Shown here one piece after another: positions 62,955 to 64,000 of a stretch of DNA of 64,000 nt. The translations under genes were made by a program, and so were the position numbers. Location of the stretch: contig OX597830.1 of NCBI GenBank assembly GCA_951406725.2, forward strand, positions 47,430,001 through 47,494,000, given 5' to 3'. Origin of the DNA: Octopus vulgaris. Its lineage: Eukaryota. The first letter of the stretch is position 1, and each line of letters starts with the position of its first letter. The notes below the pieces were generated by a model. The model saw nothing but the letters and a program-made list of their open reading frames with translations. It was not told the origin of the DNA and ran no database searches.

Positions 62955-64000
62955 ACATTAGTTTAAAATCACGAAAAAACAACAACAAAAAAATCTGATT
63001 CCTCATGGAATTAAATAATAGCGAAGACTTTTGCTACAACTTTTTAGAATTTATTCTTCACCATTTCTCGTTCTGAGTTTTTGTTTTAAAATAAAATAAT
63101 TTTAATAAAGCTGTTTTGATTAATACAATTAAAAGATGAGTTCTCACTTAAAAATATGTGACTTAAAACTTAGTTTGGATGGCGATCACAGATGTATGTA
63201 GTACATTCTATATTTTCCCTTTTAAGAACTAAATAATTTGGCTAATCAATCACTTTTATAATCGATGTCTGTCTGCTTCCATCAGCAAACGTAAGAAAGA
63301 GAAATTGATTTTCTTCGACCTTTTGTTTGTTTTTTTTCTGTTGAAGAATTTATAATAAAAACAAGGAACACTTTCTGGAAACATTCTTTGTCTGTTTCTC
63401 TCCCTGCGACTTCTTTTCAAATCACCACACCCTCTTAAAATGGGATTTATTTCCATTCCATCTTCGTTGGCACTGATAATGAATCTGGTCGAATTAATAG
63501 CGAAGCTGATAACTAAAAATAACATTCTTGATAATGTTGCAGACATTTAGCATAGATACAGTTCTGTTAACGGTTTGTGATAAACGAAAACCAATATTTC
63601 GATGCTTATTTACGACTGAATCAGTTTCATACACTTCACTAACAAATTTGCCATCGAAATTCGCCTTTGTTTTTAAATATAAATAAGAGCAGAGACTGCT
63701 GCTAAGTGGGTTCCTTGTATAAATATATAATTTACAGTCCTCGGACGTTTTTCTTTTTTCCTTTTTTTTTTACGTATGCTGACCACTGGTTAAAAATTGG
63801 TATTATTTAATTTCTTTGTTTTGCCAATAAAACGACCAAGTTTCTTTTTTCTTTTCGTTTTCTCCCCCCCCTTTCCTTCTTTCCACTGAAATATTTTCAA
63901 TATTTTGTTTGTTTGTGAATTGGAAGACTCAACCGATTGGTGGCGGCCAAAATGCGTTTCCCTATTTAGCTTTGTCTTCTTAACACTCTTGAGATGGGAT

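Overview
Eukaryotic, AT-rich, microsatellite- and transposon-dense genomic DNA. It is most likely from an Octopus (coleoid cephalopod), inferred from the SINE landscape and a GC-rich divergent 28S fragment. Only two host coding segments are supported. One is the first coding exon of a phospholipase C-gamma gene (- strand, 30649-30844); no further exon was recognised, so 1-30648 is probably its first intron. The other is a 1.7-kb first coding exon of a BTBD1/BTBD2-type BTB-BACK-PHR gene (+ strand, 60874-62576). The rest consists of several tRNA-headed SINE families, decayed LINEs (RTE, RTE-X, R4/Dong, CR1), DNA transposon relics (mariner DD34D, maT DD37D, Chapaev-like, Tigger-like, piggyBac-like and MULE-like MITEs), Helitrons, a probable solo LTR, a 32-bp minisatellite and a 1.7-kb orphan 28S rRNA fragment. 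The most striking signal is a non-coding element combining a tRNA-like Pol III head, an (AAT)n spacer and a minimal type-I hammerhead ribozyme. It occurs here only as head-to-head palindromes (20091-20534, 41492-42056, collapsed copy 38244-38320) and may be a Penelope-mobilised ribozyme SINE. Repeat boundaries were read by eye and are approximate unless termini or TSDs are quoted. Almost all short ORFs in the supplied track are microsatellite or repeat artefacts.
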